A stretch of DNA of 63,549 bases from Rhynchobatus australiae (taxonomy: Eukaryota), in NCBI GenBank assembly GCA_034780895.1, contig JAUZTB010000057.1:25630249-25693797 (forward strand), read 5' to 3'. The position numbers and the translations under genes were made by a program. The first letter of the stretch is position 1. Each line of letters begins with the position of its first letter. The notes under the pieces were generated by a model that was not told the origin of the DNA, searched no databases, and saw only the letters and a program-made list of their open reading frames with translations. Shown piece by piece: positions 38,356 to 51,428 of this stretch.

Positions 38356-40873
38356 NNNNNNNNNNNNNNNNNNNNNNNNNNNNNNNNNNNNNNNNNNNNN
38401 NNNNNNNNNNNNNNNNNNNNNNNNNNNNNNNNNNNNNNNNNNNNNNNNNNNNNNNNNNNNNNNNNNNNNNNNNNNNNNNNNNNNNNNNNNNNNNNNNNNN
38501 NNNNNNNNNNNNNNNNNNNNNNNNNNNNNNNNNNNNNNNNNNNNNNNNNNNNNNNNNNNNNNNNNNNNNNNNNNNNNNNNNNNNNNNNNNNNNNNNNNNN
38601 NNNNNNNNNNNNNNNNNNNNNNNNNNNNNNNNNNNNNNNNNNNNNNNNNNNNNNNNNNNNNNNNNNNNNNNNNNNNNNNNNNNNNNNNNNNNNNNNNNNN
38701 NNNNNNNNNNNNNNNNNNNNNNNNNNNNNNNNNNNNNNNNNNNNNNNNNNNNNNNNNNNNNNNNNNNNNNNNNTCAGCTTTATACAAGATCATTTCTTTG
38801 TTCTTGTTCTTCAACAAAGTTAAGCTGACACTTTTGTTTCCCCCATGGCAAAGTAATCCGCCTGTTCCAGAATTAATTATGTTGCTTCCCCAACCATGTA
38901 AACTCTAAGATATCAAATTAAAAAAGAACTGTCCAAGAGCAGTTACTGATGATAACATCAAAGAGGAACTTTGATTTCCGTAACATTAGTGTTGAAGTTG
39001 AGGCAATGTAAGGAAACATTACTACTGTATCGCACTATACCTAACCCAGGAATTCTTGTTGCTGTCACCGTGCATCAAGTCACAAGTCTCCAGCACCATA
39101 ATCCCTCACCTTTATGAGCTCAGGAAAAAAGGAAAGACTGCCACACGGGAGATGACAAATTATCTTGTAAAAAGTTCACTCCTGTCAACAATCTTAATGT
39201 TTGCTGGCAGGACCGTTTTCATTATTCCCAATTCTAATAGATCCCTCGTCACAGACCTTGGCTGTCTTGCAAATCTCTTTGCACTGCACGTCTAGAAATC
39301 TCCAGAGGCAACAGCACAGCAGCGTCACACTCTGTAATGGTAGAATGCTTTCTTTATCATAGGAAGTTTCAACTGTGAAATTACTTCTTACCCACATTAA
39401 GACATCAAAAACTCAAAGACACCATGAAAACAAAAAGTATCAGATCAAAAAAGGCACANNNNNNNNNNNNNNNNNNNNNNNNNNNNNNNNNNNNNNNNNN
39501 NNNNNNNNNNNNNNNNNNNNNNNNNNNNNNNNNNNNNNNNNNNNNNNNNNNNNNNNNNCACAGACTTTAGACAGCCAGACAATGGATTTGAGTAGATTTA
39601 ACAATTCCAAATACGATAGTCCTGCCGGCTGGGCAGGATTGCTGAAGATTACATCCAGTATTCTACTGGGGCCAAGTATCAATTATAATTCTGTTAATCC
39701 ACCAGAGGAACATTACAGACAAATAAATCTAATGATACTCCAATCAAGAGAATAAGCATTGAACAAACAACTACAGTTTGTGTATTGCATTACAGATAAT
39801 GTAAGTGTTTACCTCACTCAAGGCAATCAGAGTCACAAGAATGAAAGAAAATGACCGGATTACAACTTAATGCAGTTCTAGGGTTTCTTACACAAGAACA
39901 GCTTTCTTTAAATTATAAATCCAAAAGTCTCAAAAAGAAAACTATGCAAGAGTACAACTCTTCCTACACACGATTGATAAACATTCCGTAAGTGTAAAAC
40001 AACAACAGTTTTGAGCTTAAAAATTCTGTTTGCTTCTAACCTTCAATACCACATTACAGTAGTAGAACAGGGAGTTGTGTCTGTTCCCCACAAAGCAACT
40101 TCTTCATCCCAAGGGTTCCAAGAGAGGGAAGAAGCAAAAATGTAGATCTCCCACACTAGCTATTCTTGCTCTGCTTCTCACTTTCTGTGTAATAATAAGG
40201 CAGAAACACAGGGGGAGAAAAAAAACAAGGTTCTGGCTTTCAGGCTGAACTTAAATGCGTTCTTTTCATTTAAAATAATACAAACAAAACCTAAGTATTC
40301 AAATCAGTAACCTAACACAGCAAACAAGTATTACNNNNNNNNNNNNNNNNNNNNNNNNNNNNNNNNNNNNNNNNNNNNNNNNNNNNNNNNNNNNNNNNNN
40401 NNNNNNNNNNNNNNNNNNNNNNNNNNNNNNNNNNNNNNNNNNNNNNNNNNNNNNNNNNNNNNNNNNNNNNNNNNNNNNNNNNNNNNNNNNNNNNNNNNNN
40501 NNNNNNNNNNNNNNNNNNNNNNNNNNNNNNNNNNNNNNNNNNNNNNNNNNNNNNNNNNNNNNNNNNNNNNNNNNNNNNNNNNNNNNNNNNNNNNNNNNNN
40601 NNNNNNNNNNNNNNNNNNNNNNNNNNNNNNNNNNNNNNNNNNNNNNNNNNNNNNNNNNNNNNNNNNNNNNNNNNNNNNNNNNNNNNNNNNNNNNNNNNNN
40701 NNNNNNNNNNNNNNNNNNNNNNNNNNNNNNNNNNNNNNNNNNNNNNNNNNNNNNNNNNNNNNNNNNNNNNNNNNNNNNNNNNNNNNNNNNNNNNNNNNNN
40801 NNNNNNNNNNNNNNNNNNNNNNNNNNNNNNNNNNNNNNNNNNNNNNNNNNNNNNNNNNNNNNNNNNNNNNNNN

Positions 40874-41215
40874 CAGAAGAACCCTAAACAGTCGTCCTTC
40901 CCCACCGATCCCTTGTGTTGGCTGCACCCAGCTTCAGGGCGTTCCTCAGCATGTACTCCTGCAGCCTGGAATGTGCCAGTCGGCAGTTTTCCCCTACGGA
41001 CATCTCACAGTGCTGGGAGACCAACAATTTCCAGGCAGACCAAAAGGCGCCTTTCACCGAATCCATGACCCTCCAGCAGCAGTTGATGTCCGTCTCTGTG
41101 TGCAGCCCCGGGAACAGCCCATAGATCAGAGAATCATCTGTTACGCAGCTGCCGGGAATGAACCAGGACAAGGACCCCTGCATCTTTCACCACACCCTCT
41201 TCGCGAACCCACACG
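40874..41215 (-). mobile_element. L1/Tx1-clade LINE ORF2 C-terminal fragment
   Basis: CGFAKRVW*KMQGSLSWFIPGSCVTDDSLIYGLFPGLHTETDINCCWRV...VKGAFWSAWKLLV...RLQEYMLRNALKLG. GC-rich and adjacent to a gap that may hold the 3' UTR. Confidence 0.7.
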
Positions 41216-41289
41216 CTACAAAGAGGTGGGTAACCGTCAGTATAAAGCCTTCTGTTAATTCAAAAATAGTGTTCTAACCCTCAATTCAA

Positions 41290-41670
41290 GCATCGACACA
41301 AACTTGAGTGTCTGCTGCAGGCTGACGCTGCTGCTCAGTCTTGACAGGGTGGCACACTGGTGAAGATGTTATTTTCCTAATGATACATTAAATCAAGGCA
41401 CCATCTGGCTGCTCAGCTGAATGTAGAAGTTCATATGGCACTATATAAACAAGAACAGAGAGTTCCACCAATGTTCTTATCAATATTCTTCCCTCAATCA
41501 ATATCACAGAAACTGGCTCTGTTGTCATTTGTTTATTGAAACATTCAATGTGAAGAAAGCAGCTGTCAACCAACAACAACTTCATTTCAAAACAAAATCC
41601 ATCATTGCTTTGGATCATCCTGTGATAGAATCCCCACAAAATTCTACAATGCACCCGTTTCATTCTTGTG
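41290..41670 (+). mobile_element. Deu-domain SINE, diverged
   Basis: tgatacattaaatcaaggcaccatctggctgctcagctgaatgtagaag..catatggcactat...caatattcttccctcaatcaatatcac. Confidence 0.6.
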
Positions 41671-41704
41671 CTGCCTCATAACAATGTCTCGGTAATACTA
41701 TGAC

Positions 41705-42000
41705 TCCAGAACAAGGAGTCATGGCCTCAGGACACAGGGTATGCCATTCGGAACCAAGATCCAGAGAAATGTCTTCACGAAGCAGATGGTGAACTTGTGG
41801 AAATCTCTTCTACAGAAGGTGATGAACACCATGTAATTACATACATTCAAGGAGGAGGGAGATATATTTCTTAATGATAAAGAGATCAGGGGATATGGAA
41901 AAATGGCAGTAACAAGGTTCTGAAGTAGATGACCAGCCACAATAGTGTTGAATGGTGTCCCAAGCAGTGAATGGCCAACTCCTGTTCCTATTTTTAATGT
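41705..42000 (+). mobile_element. CR1-like 3' fragment
   Basis: agaaatgtcttcacgaagcagatggtgaacttgtggaaatctcttctacagaagg...gatcaggggatatgg...gaatggccaactcctgttcctatt. Confidence 0.75.
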
Positions 42001-42706
42001 TTCTGTAATGGAACCATAACTTTTGAAGTCTCTCTGTACATTATCTTGGTAAGCAATACAACAAATATGAGCCAAAACCCAGTATTTATCAAGACAGTGA
42101 TGCTTTCTGCAATGACTTGAATATTATACAAAGTACCAATCTCCCAATCAACTAATAATCAAAACAGACACAGGTTGAGGTATCATAATGTTTGATCACA
42201 ATGATCAGAACCTGATTCAGGAAGCTTACTAGCTCCAGTTTAAAATAAAAACATGCAATCCATCTTATTCTGAGCACATAAAATATGCATTTGATGAAGT
42301 TTTTCTCACACACATGATGATGTCCCAGAACACTTTACACTTTCCCAACCTCAGGACATTCTAAAGTGCTTTACAACCAAGAACCTGGAGTGTAATATGG
42401 CAACAAAATTATATACAAGAACAAAATGAAATAAATGATCAAATACTTCCCTAGAAAAAACATGCATGGTCTGCAATGCTGAACATGTTGTGTGGTCTTG
42501 CCAATGGAATGAATTTCAGAGGCAGAATATGTTGCATTCATAATGTATATATACTATAGCTGTTAAAAAAATTGCTACCGTAAGATTTTTGGGGAGGGGG
42601 ATGTTGCTTCTATGTTAAGAGGTCGGTTACCTAGTTATCTATTGCAACATTGCTTGTGTCATACCAGAAGTTCAGCTGAAGACTGACCAGCAGAATAAAC
42701 CATTGG

Positions 42707-42930
42707 AGACACAAGAGATTGCAGATGCTGGAATCTGGAGCAACAACAATCTACTGGATGAACTCAGTGGATCAAGCAGCATCCGTGGGAGGAATGGAAT
42801 TGTCACTGCTTCAGGTCAAAGCCCTGCACAAGTCCTGATGCAGGGTTTTGACCAGAAACATCTACAATTCCTTTCCTCCCACAGATGCTGCACGATCCAC
42901 TGAGTTCATCCAGCAAGTTGTTTGGTGCTC
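42707..42930. repeat. Fold-back (palindromic) Penelope-associated repeat
   Basis: Arm 42738-42828 is the approximate reverse complement of arm 42839-42930, with a 10-nt spacer. The centre reads ctgatgcagggttttgaccagaaacatc. Confidence 0.85.
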
Positions 42931-43039
42931 ACTTGGTGCCCTGTACCTGAGTTGGCGAATGAGATATGGTGACATTCAGCTTTAAAACAAACTGGTCAGA
43001 AGAACTCACAATATACCCCTGTGCTGAACTCACATTTAG

Positions 43040-43275
43040 CACTACTGACCAAATATTCGCTTTTCACTGTTTGGTTGAGGGATAAATGGTGAGCTGATTA
43101 ATGCCAAAGGATCTGTTGCATCCACCTGAAACTGCAGTCATGGTCTCAATTTAATGGTCCATCTGATACGTACATCCCTAACGATGTTGCATTCCATCAG
43201 TACTGCATTGAAATAGATTGTGTTTCTGGAGTGGGCTAATACCTCCCTCTGATTCAGAGTGCTACCATTGAACCA
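43040..43275 (-). mobile_element. Deu-domain SINE, antisense
   Basis: gttgagggataaat...atccacctga...ggtctcaatttaatggtccatctga...cattccatcagtactgcattg...ctctgattcagagtgctacc. Confidence 0.6.
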
Positions 43276-44719
43276 AGGTTAACTTCTAAGAATACAAGGG
43301 ACATGGTGAATATCTAAGCATAGGATGAGAAAATATAAGTAAGGAAATCAATATACCAATTAAGAGGAAAAGGTTGAGCAAATTTCTGTAAATAGAGAGA
43401 GGTACATCAGAAGAATTTGGAGACGGAATTTTTAAGTGATATGACAAAGGATTTTTGGAAGCACACAAGCAGAGAGTAGGTGGAGGGATTTAATAAGTAA
43501 AAGATGAGACAATCCAAACATAGGAATGGTTCACTGAATGACTAAATGTTACCAACACACTTGAAACTATAATCAAACTTTCACTTAAACCCAGGAAATT
43601 TTGCAAACTATGTAGCGGGATTTCTGCAATGTGGTGTGAAGATTAAAAACTAGGATTACATGATGAATGGATGCAGTTTGGAGTAATTTAAAACAGGTGT
43701 TATGTCCCTATAAATATCTCATTCATACCATATTAGTTACACTAATGTTTTTATTCAATTGTAGCCTGTACAGATGTACATCACTCCTTAATGATGTGAA
43801 TCTAAATGGAAACTTAACATTCCATTACACGAGGGCTGAAGTTCCCTTCAGGGTAGTAAATGATTTATTTTACTCTGTGCCTCAAAGACAGGGGGAGTCA
43901 CTTTGTATACTTTCATGTGCAGGTTTTTTTTCCTGTCCTCATCCCCAGATATTGCAAATGCATGTACATACCAACTGTGTACACATTTGTTAAAGTCATC
44001 TGCTTAAGTATGTTGAGTATTTAAATCTATGAATTCAGTATGGCTGTAAGAATTTTTGCATGCAGAATATATCAACTGAAGTGAAAAAATTCACTTTTAC
44101 TGCTGCGCTAACATATGTCTCAGCATCAGCTCCTCCACACGGGATAGGACCGAAAGCTCATTCACATCTGGGTTTGCCCAACTTGTACAAGTCTCAGTCT
44201 CAGATTCAGTACGTGCACAATGGAAATTGGGAATGCTACGTCTATTCATAAAAGGGAGCATTCTGGTAGTGATATTCATTTGTTTGCAGCATATGTAATG
44301 ATCAGGATTTCCAAAATTTTGAGGCATCTGAAAACCAGTTTTGGGATGGAGATGTGTGACAAGTCAATACAGAAAACTTAACAATACAAATATTTTCAGA
44401 ACCAAGCTAGGAAAAACCCTGCTGTTAAACATGTAAATCAAACTTAGGTAAGTATCCCACTCTGTCCAGGGAGGCTTGCTCTACATTGTTTTAGAGCCAA
44501 GTCAGGGCCAAATTTGGATTTACACCACCAGCTCAGTTAAGAATGGAAATCTTTGTACAATATAAAAGACTGCAGCAGCAAACAACCAGTGAGTTCTAAA
44601 ATAGCTCCTTTTACTGAATTATAAGAAACAAACAAAAACTATAAACTCAAGAGGGCTGATCTTGCACGTCTTCATTCCTGGCAGAGGGCCTCACTTTAAC
44701 CTAGTCCAGATGAGAAAGT

Positions 44720-45000
44720 CGGATGCTACAGTCATTAAACCAAGGCTCAGTTGGCCTCTTCCACTAGTTCAGAGGTATATAAAGATCCCATGGCCAGAAG
44801 TCCTCCAGCAGTCCTGATTCATAAACATTCTCCAACCAGAAAACTCAATGAAAAAAATCAGTCATTCACCTCATTGCAATTCATGGCACCTGGATGTACA
44901 CAAGAGTATTACTGCTTTTAACTACACAACTCAGAATGATGCATCATACATAAAGGGCTCTGGATTATTTATGGCAATCTTGATAAAGTGCCATGTTATT
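44720..45000 (+). mobile_element. Deu-domain SINE remnant
   Basis: cattaaaccaaggctcagttggcctct...aggtatataaagatcccatggc...tcattcacctcattgc. Confidence 0.5.
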
Positions 45001-45929
45001 TTTTCTTTATCTTAAGGCCTCCCTGCATTACACACAATTCATCAACCAATGGAGTAAGTTGGCTGCCTTTAACCCAGTGCTCTGCCAGTACCACTCCATG
45101 CCAATTGGAAGGTGATCAGTGATTGCAGGCCAGAATAACACATCTCCCCACTTCTATTTCCCCCACTTTAGGGAAGCAGCTTTCTTCTGCTTTTCACATA
45201 TAGCTGAGAATAAGAATTTGCTGATGCATAATTTATTCAACCTTTACTTTAATATGCTGAGGTATAACATTTGCCCATCATTTAATACAATGCTATGGAA
45301 TGTGCAATTGTGTAATTTCAATCTCGTATATACCAATTTATTAACTCTTTTTGACTGTGTAGTCTCTCTCTATAATCTATAGCATTAATAAGACAACAGC
45401 TGAAATTGGAAACAGCAACTCTGCAGACTCTATTGCACAGAGACATGATTCCACAGTTAATATAAAGTCAATTTTAGTTGATCCATCATGGATAGATATG
45501 GAATATAGTTTAGATGCTTACTTATTTGGAAGGAACTGTTTATACCACACCCTTTCTCCATGAAGAAATCCCTTTGGAGAAGCTGTCATTTGGTGGATGA
45601 TTGGTAAAGGAAGCTTCTGTAGATTAACAATTACCAACGCTTGTAGCTGAGAAGGCTTTAGATTATGAAAGCCAGAAAATTCTTCCCTTGTCTGTTGCTA
45701 GATAATGTCTAAAGTGTGATTGATGATTCTTCTATAACACATGCAAATGAAACTTTTCATCATAAATTAGAGATTGCATTTTTTTTAATTAGGGCAAAAA
45801 TGTTGCACCATTTAAGTGGACAGGTGTGATTCCTCAAGCAGCAATAAAAGGAACATTTATTTAAATAAAGCCTAAGAAATTTAGATCAAAAGGTTAAATG
45901 TTTATTAAGGTGGAGATCAAAAATCATTG

Positions 45930-46160
45930 TAACTTAAGAAATGGGAGAAGGTGATCATATGGTCCTGCACCACCATTCAATCTGATCATGGCTGATCTTT
46001 GGCCTCAATTCTAATAACCCTCAATTCTACTGTGTCCAAAAATCTATCCATCTCAGCCTTGAGTATACTCAGTAACTCAGCATCAACAGCTGCCAGGGCA
46101 GAGATTCCCAAAGATTCACCTGCCTCTGAGAGAAGAAATTCCTCTTCATTTCAGTCGTAA
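45930..46160 (-). mobile_element. CR1-like 3' fragment
   Basis: cctgcaccaccattcaatctgatcatggctgatc...aatctatccatctcagccttgagtatactc...gagattcccaaagattcac...gagaagaaattcctcttcatttcagtc. Confidence 0.75.
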
Positions 46161-46166
46161 CCACAT

Positions 46167-46440
46167 TAGATATCTTTATTACTCACAGTGAGATGCATCT
46201 TTTGTGTAGAGTGTTCTGGGGGCAACCCGCAAGTGTCACCATGCTTCCGGCACCAATATAGCCTACCCACAACTTCCTAACTTGTACGTCTTTGGAATGT
46301 GGGAGGAAACCGGAGCACCCAGAGGAAACCCACACAGACACGGGGAGAAAGTACAAACTCCTTACAGACAGCGGCCGAAATTGAACCCAGTTCACTGGCG
46401 CTGCAATAGCGTTACACTAACAACTACACTCCTGTGCCTG
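46167..46440 (-). mobile_element. Near full-length V-SINE with a non-CR1 tail
   Basis: Same core as 8985-9056. Antisense tRNA-like head aattgaacccagttcactggcgctgcaatagcgttacactaac. Tail tatctttattactcacagtgagatgcatc. Confidence 0.8.
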
Positions 46441-49400
46441 CCCATATGATTCTTTATCCTAATACGCTGACTCAAGTCTGACTCCTCCATTACATTAGCA
46501 GAAACATTCTGACCACATCTCTCAGCAACTTATGTTTCAACAAGATTCGAATGCCTTTATAAATCCATTAAGACAGCTTTAAAGACATGATGAGTTATTT
46601 GCTTGATAGCACAATTACACTTTTCACTCCTTGACTCATTAAGCTTTTGGGAAAGACTGAATGCTCCAAACTGCGAAAGTGTTAAGTTGCTGAAAAGCAG
46701 GCACACCACATGGCATTCCCATTCAATCAAGATTACAATACAGACATACACATGGATACAGAGAGAACAACCTGTCTACACATGGAAATATATTACAAGG
46801 ATCACCATTTATTCTTCTGCATTCCAGGGACCCATTCTTGCTAATCTTCTCTCACAAGATTGTCCCTCTACCCAGAAAACACAAGAGGAAAGATTCTTTC
46901 CATATTCACCACATCAAGACTGTTTCTTATATGTCACAGACAACAAGAAGTAAATACAAAGATAAGGCCAGGCACAGCTTGGCAAACACAAACAGCAGAA
47001 TACAAAATGGAGGTTAGAAAGTACATGCAGACCAACATATATTGTATTATTTCTTTTTAAAAGTTGCATGAGATAAGTAATATCTATGTAACAAGCCCAC
47101 TGTGAAAACATTAGAAGTGCCTATAAAATACCATTTTATGTTTAGAATGCTTCAAAATGATATTTCTCCCACNNNNNNNNNNNNNNNNNNNNNNNNNNNN
47201 NNNNNNNNNNNNNNNNNNNNNNNNNNNNNNNNNNNNNNNNNNNNNNNNNNNNNNNNNNNNNNNNNNNNNNNNCCCACACAGAATATTGGATTGTGAATTA
47301 ATAACTTGAATGTGACATTGAACAATGCATAATATTATTGCTTTCAGTCTTCTCCCTAGTAGATATACAATTCCTGATGACAGGCCACCTTAGTGAGGAG
47401 TGGTGTAAACAAGGCACATCTACATTGAGGTTATTGCATCGTTAGGATACCACAATGAGAACAAGATCCGAAATAAATTAGGAGCCAGAAAACATCATAT
47501 GGCTTCCCCTGTGTGCAGTCAATTGTAGGCACACTCTCTCCAGGGCAGAAATTACATGAATCTGAGCGTGCGTCTTCGATCAAATACTATTTAGTGTAGA
47601 ACTAGTAAGTGAAGGTCAACCTGCTGAAAAGTCTTTAAAAAAGCAATTAGTGAGACTGTCAAGAAAAGGTCAATGAGGAGGGAGCTTTTCCCAATTCTGA
47701 GAGCCAAACACATTTAAATGTATTTTATATGCTTATGTAATAATAAAGTTTAACTCCAGTCCTCTGGAGCTGATTCTCTACCTCTCAGTGCAGTGCTTAT
47801 TCAGCATTTAACAAAAACGTGAATACCGATTGTTCCAGTAAAACAGGTAACACAGCCCAGAAGCCTGAAAGGTTCACATTCAGAAAGATGTAATATAAAC
47901 TTCTGACTCACATTGCCTTTCAGTTTTAAAGCTGTTCTTTATTAAAGATTCTGAGTGCAATTTGTTGAACATCATACGCTGTCCTTTTTGTCACTAATCA
48001 TCAAATCAACACAAATCTGATCTGCAAAAGGCAGTTTTGTTTAAAAATAAGATCTGGACTATTTTCGACCGAACATATTTGATGATCAGATTCAATAAAT
48101 ATTATTCTTAAAAACTATTATAAATTACTGCATTGTAAGGAAATAGAACCCAAGTCTGTGACAATGGAGAAATTGGGTTGCCTCAAAAACCACAATTCAG
48201 ACATTTAAATTCAAAGATCATATTGCAATATTAAAGTTCTCCCCCACAATTTCTATCATACATAAATATATTTATAAATTCATTATTGTATTGAGAAACA
48301 AATTTCAATTCATAATCTCCCAGGAATTAAATGTCAGCTTTCTGTTCAGCATGTTTCCACCTTTCTCCTATTCTATTTGTTTAATTTCCATCAACCTCAA
48401 AATCAAAATAAATCTATTTGTAGTTCAATTATTTTTCTCCAGTATTTTTGAATTAATCAATCAATAGCAATACAGCTGGAAGTGTTTAAGTACCAAAAGC
48501 AATCCTCATGCCTGCTTGACTGCATTTCTGCCACTGTAGATTCTTGTACAGTAGCTTGGTATCACAGCTCAGATTATTTGTATTACTTTGTAGCATTACG
48601 TTGCCCCATTCATAAATTATTCAGTTGCACAGCAGCAGACATCCAGTTTGCTGTTAAATATTCCCATTTTCTGCTCATGCTTAATCAACACTTGTACTTG
48701 TGTGCAAGTCATGAGTGATAACAGTGGGCTGTACGTCATTCAACTGTTAAGTCCATCACAGAACAGCCTGATCCTGGTTTACTATGTACTTCCATTAAGT
48801 GACAGAAGTAGCAATCAAGCACATGAATCCTGGTCAATTTTTCTATTCTTCTACTCTCCTGACCTTGGGATGATGCTGTCAACTGTGACATCCACAGGTT
48901 TGCCCTTGTTAAGAAAAATAAAAGCTACTGCTGATCGGTGAAGGATACTAGGAGTGGAGAATGGAACATTAAACTGCTCTGGCACCCAGTATTAGCATCA
49001 ATCATTTTGAAGTTAGTTGTAGCACAGCCAGAGATAAAGATCCCCCTGCACTGCCTTATTTCCAACCTTGGACAACACTTTCACCACCACCTGGTTATCC
49101 CACAAAGATCCGATTATGACAAAGTTGAACCCAGAGCGTAGAGAAGGAAGACTTTATTCCTGCCATTAGCCACAAAGTGATCTCCCCATAGCATTACATT
49201 TCTTTATAAAGAGGCTCTCATTAACACTGGTTATACCTAACTTCAAATAAACTACTTTCTTGATTGTGAAAATCAATCCATAGTCAATTTCTTCAAATAA
49301 TTTCAATCCTGACCCAACTCATGAGATAGCCAAAAGATGAAACAAAGAAATGAAATGCTTACACTGCTCTGTAACGTATGCAAGTTCTGGAATTTCCATT

Positions 49401-50424
49401 TAAGATGGTGTTACCACTCAGCCAAACTGCCATGAATCATTACACATGAATTAGTCCGACATTATGTACATAATGAGGCACAATCATAGGATTCTGTCTA
49501 GAATAAAAATAGTTTTAGCTTCTTATATTATCAGCCAATTATTACCTGGAATATATTAAATAACATTTTCATTCAGCTATATCAGTAGGTAGGCTGTAGA
49601 GTGCTCAGGTGCCAAAGGAAGGCCAGGAGCAGTTTGAGGTTGAAAACAAGCATCTAAAGGACAGTCACATAGCTGTAGGTTCTTAAAATATAGAGTGTGC
49701 AGGTTGGCCTCCTGGCAGGAAGATGACCAGTCAATGTCACAGCTCAGGAGAGGCATTCCTGCTCTTCCCAGCACCACAAATGAAGAAGGTCCAAACCCTA
49801 CCTCACTACTGGCCGTTCGAGCTCATAAGATGATTTGTCAGTTCCTCTCATGACAGGACTGCCAGTTGTAACAGCCACAGCATGTACACACATTGCCCGA
49901 TTCGTTCCTATAATGGCTAAGGGGTTTAATGGGTATCCCAAGGCAGAGATTAGCATTTAAATCAACCCACTGCATGAGTGAGCATATAGAAAGTCTCAAT
50001 ATTTTTCATCCTTTTTGTTTACAATGCTTACTGTTCTGAGATTGTTCATCAAGACTGTAAATGAAGAAATAAACTGCAATTGTACATTTAGCTGCTTAAA
50101 AGTTATAGCTTCAGCTGTCTGCAGCATTTTCTCAACACCAAAGTAATGACAAGTTTGCCACATATTATTTGATTCTGGTCTCTTACTGAAAATAAGCTTC
50201 TCTGAAACCTTCAACCACAAACGAATTTCACTTTAAGCTATTGTCTGTCAATGACATTCTGTTTTTATTAGTTTCAATACATCAACTGACCGTTCTATTG
50301 CATTGGTCTCTAAAGGTTCACGATCAATGCAATGAAGCATTAGCTGGTGCGAATAATGTTCTAGTGTGTTATATATTGTTTTGAGCTTGTTCAAAACATT
50401 GAATGGGATCAGTTAAAATATTGA

Positions 50425-50830
50425 ATCGTTTTGGTCTCTGCACATGGGGGATGACATTGAGGATTTGGAGAAGGAACAACAAAAAAATAACTAAATTATT
50501 TGCCAGTAAATGAAAAAAAAAACTGCAGACTCTGGACATCTGAAATAAAAACAGAAAATGCTGTGAATGCTCAATGGGTCAGGCAGTATCTTTGGAGCCA
50601 CAGATGCTACCTGACTTATTGGGCATTTTCAACATTTTGTGTTTACATTAATTGCTAGTTTGAATTACCACAATCAGTTCAAAGAACTGAAACGACATTT
50701 TGGTAGAACAGAGCTACGGATGGTTTAATTAAAGTTTATCATGTAATGAAGAAGTTAGACTGTGATTGAGTGGACAGTTTGTTTCAATTCAATACCTCAG
50801 CAAGCTCCAGGGTTCACAATGTAAAGTTTG
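50425..50830 (+). mobile_element. Old CR1-like fragment interrupted by a fold-back repeat
   Basis: ttttggtctctgcacatgggggatgacattgaggatttggagaagg (FWS.H...DI..LEK), then gatggtttaattaaagtttat and cagggttcacaatgtaaag. Confidence 0.45.
50521..50648. repeat. Internally deleted fold-back repeat (Penelope-associated family)
   Basis: aaacagaaaatgctgtgaatgctcaatgggtcaggcagtatctttgg / ccacagatgctacctgacttattgggcattttcaacattttgtgttt are mutually complementary arms. Confidence 0.75.
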
Positions 50831-51088
50831 TACAGGATTGTATGTTGGAAAGTGGCTCACCTTCCTATACAGGGAAACTAAAAATAAGTGGTTGATATAT
50901 ACAGAGAATACCAAATTCCTTCAAACGAGTTCTCGATTAACTTTTATCACCTATGAGAGTCGGACAAGATTTCTCCATGTTTTACTTCCCCAGAGNNNNN
51001 NNNNNNNNNNNNNNNNNNGAGACTACATAGCTTTCAGCTCAGGTGACGTATATACACTTTGAAGTGCATTTGGCGTCATATTTGAATT

Positions 51089-51428
51089 GGCAACACAGTA
51101 GCTCAGCTAGTAGAGCTACTGCCTCACAACTCCAGCTTCAATCCTAACCTCAAGTGTCGTCTAGAAGGAGTTTGCATGTTCTCCCTCCGACCGTAAGGGT
51201 TTTCCTCCAGGTGCTTTGGATTCCACCTGTTTCCCAAAAACATGCAAGTTGGGAGGTTAATGAGCCACTGTAAATTGCTGATGTGTAGGTGAATGGTAAA
51301 ATCTGCACAGAGTTGAGGGGAATACAAGGAGAATAAAGAATAATTAGACTAAGATGCGGGTGCTTGATGATCAGTATGGAATTGTTGGGCTGAAGGACCC
51401 GCTTCTATATTTTATGATCTGTGACTCC
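51089..51428 (+). mobile_element. tRNA-derived V-SINE with CR1-type tail
   Basis: Head gtagctcagctagtagagctactgcctcac; core ggagtttgcatgttctcc...gggttttcctccaggtgct; tail ttgggctgaaggacc...tgactc. Confidence 0.75.
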
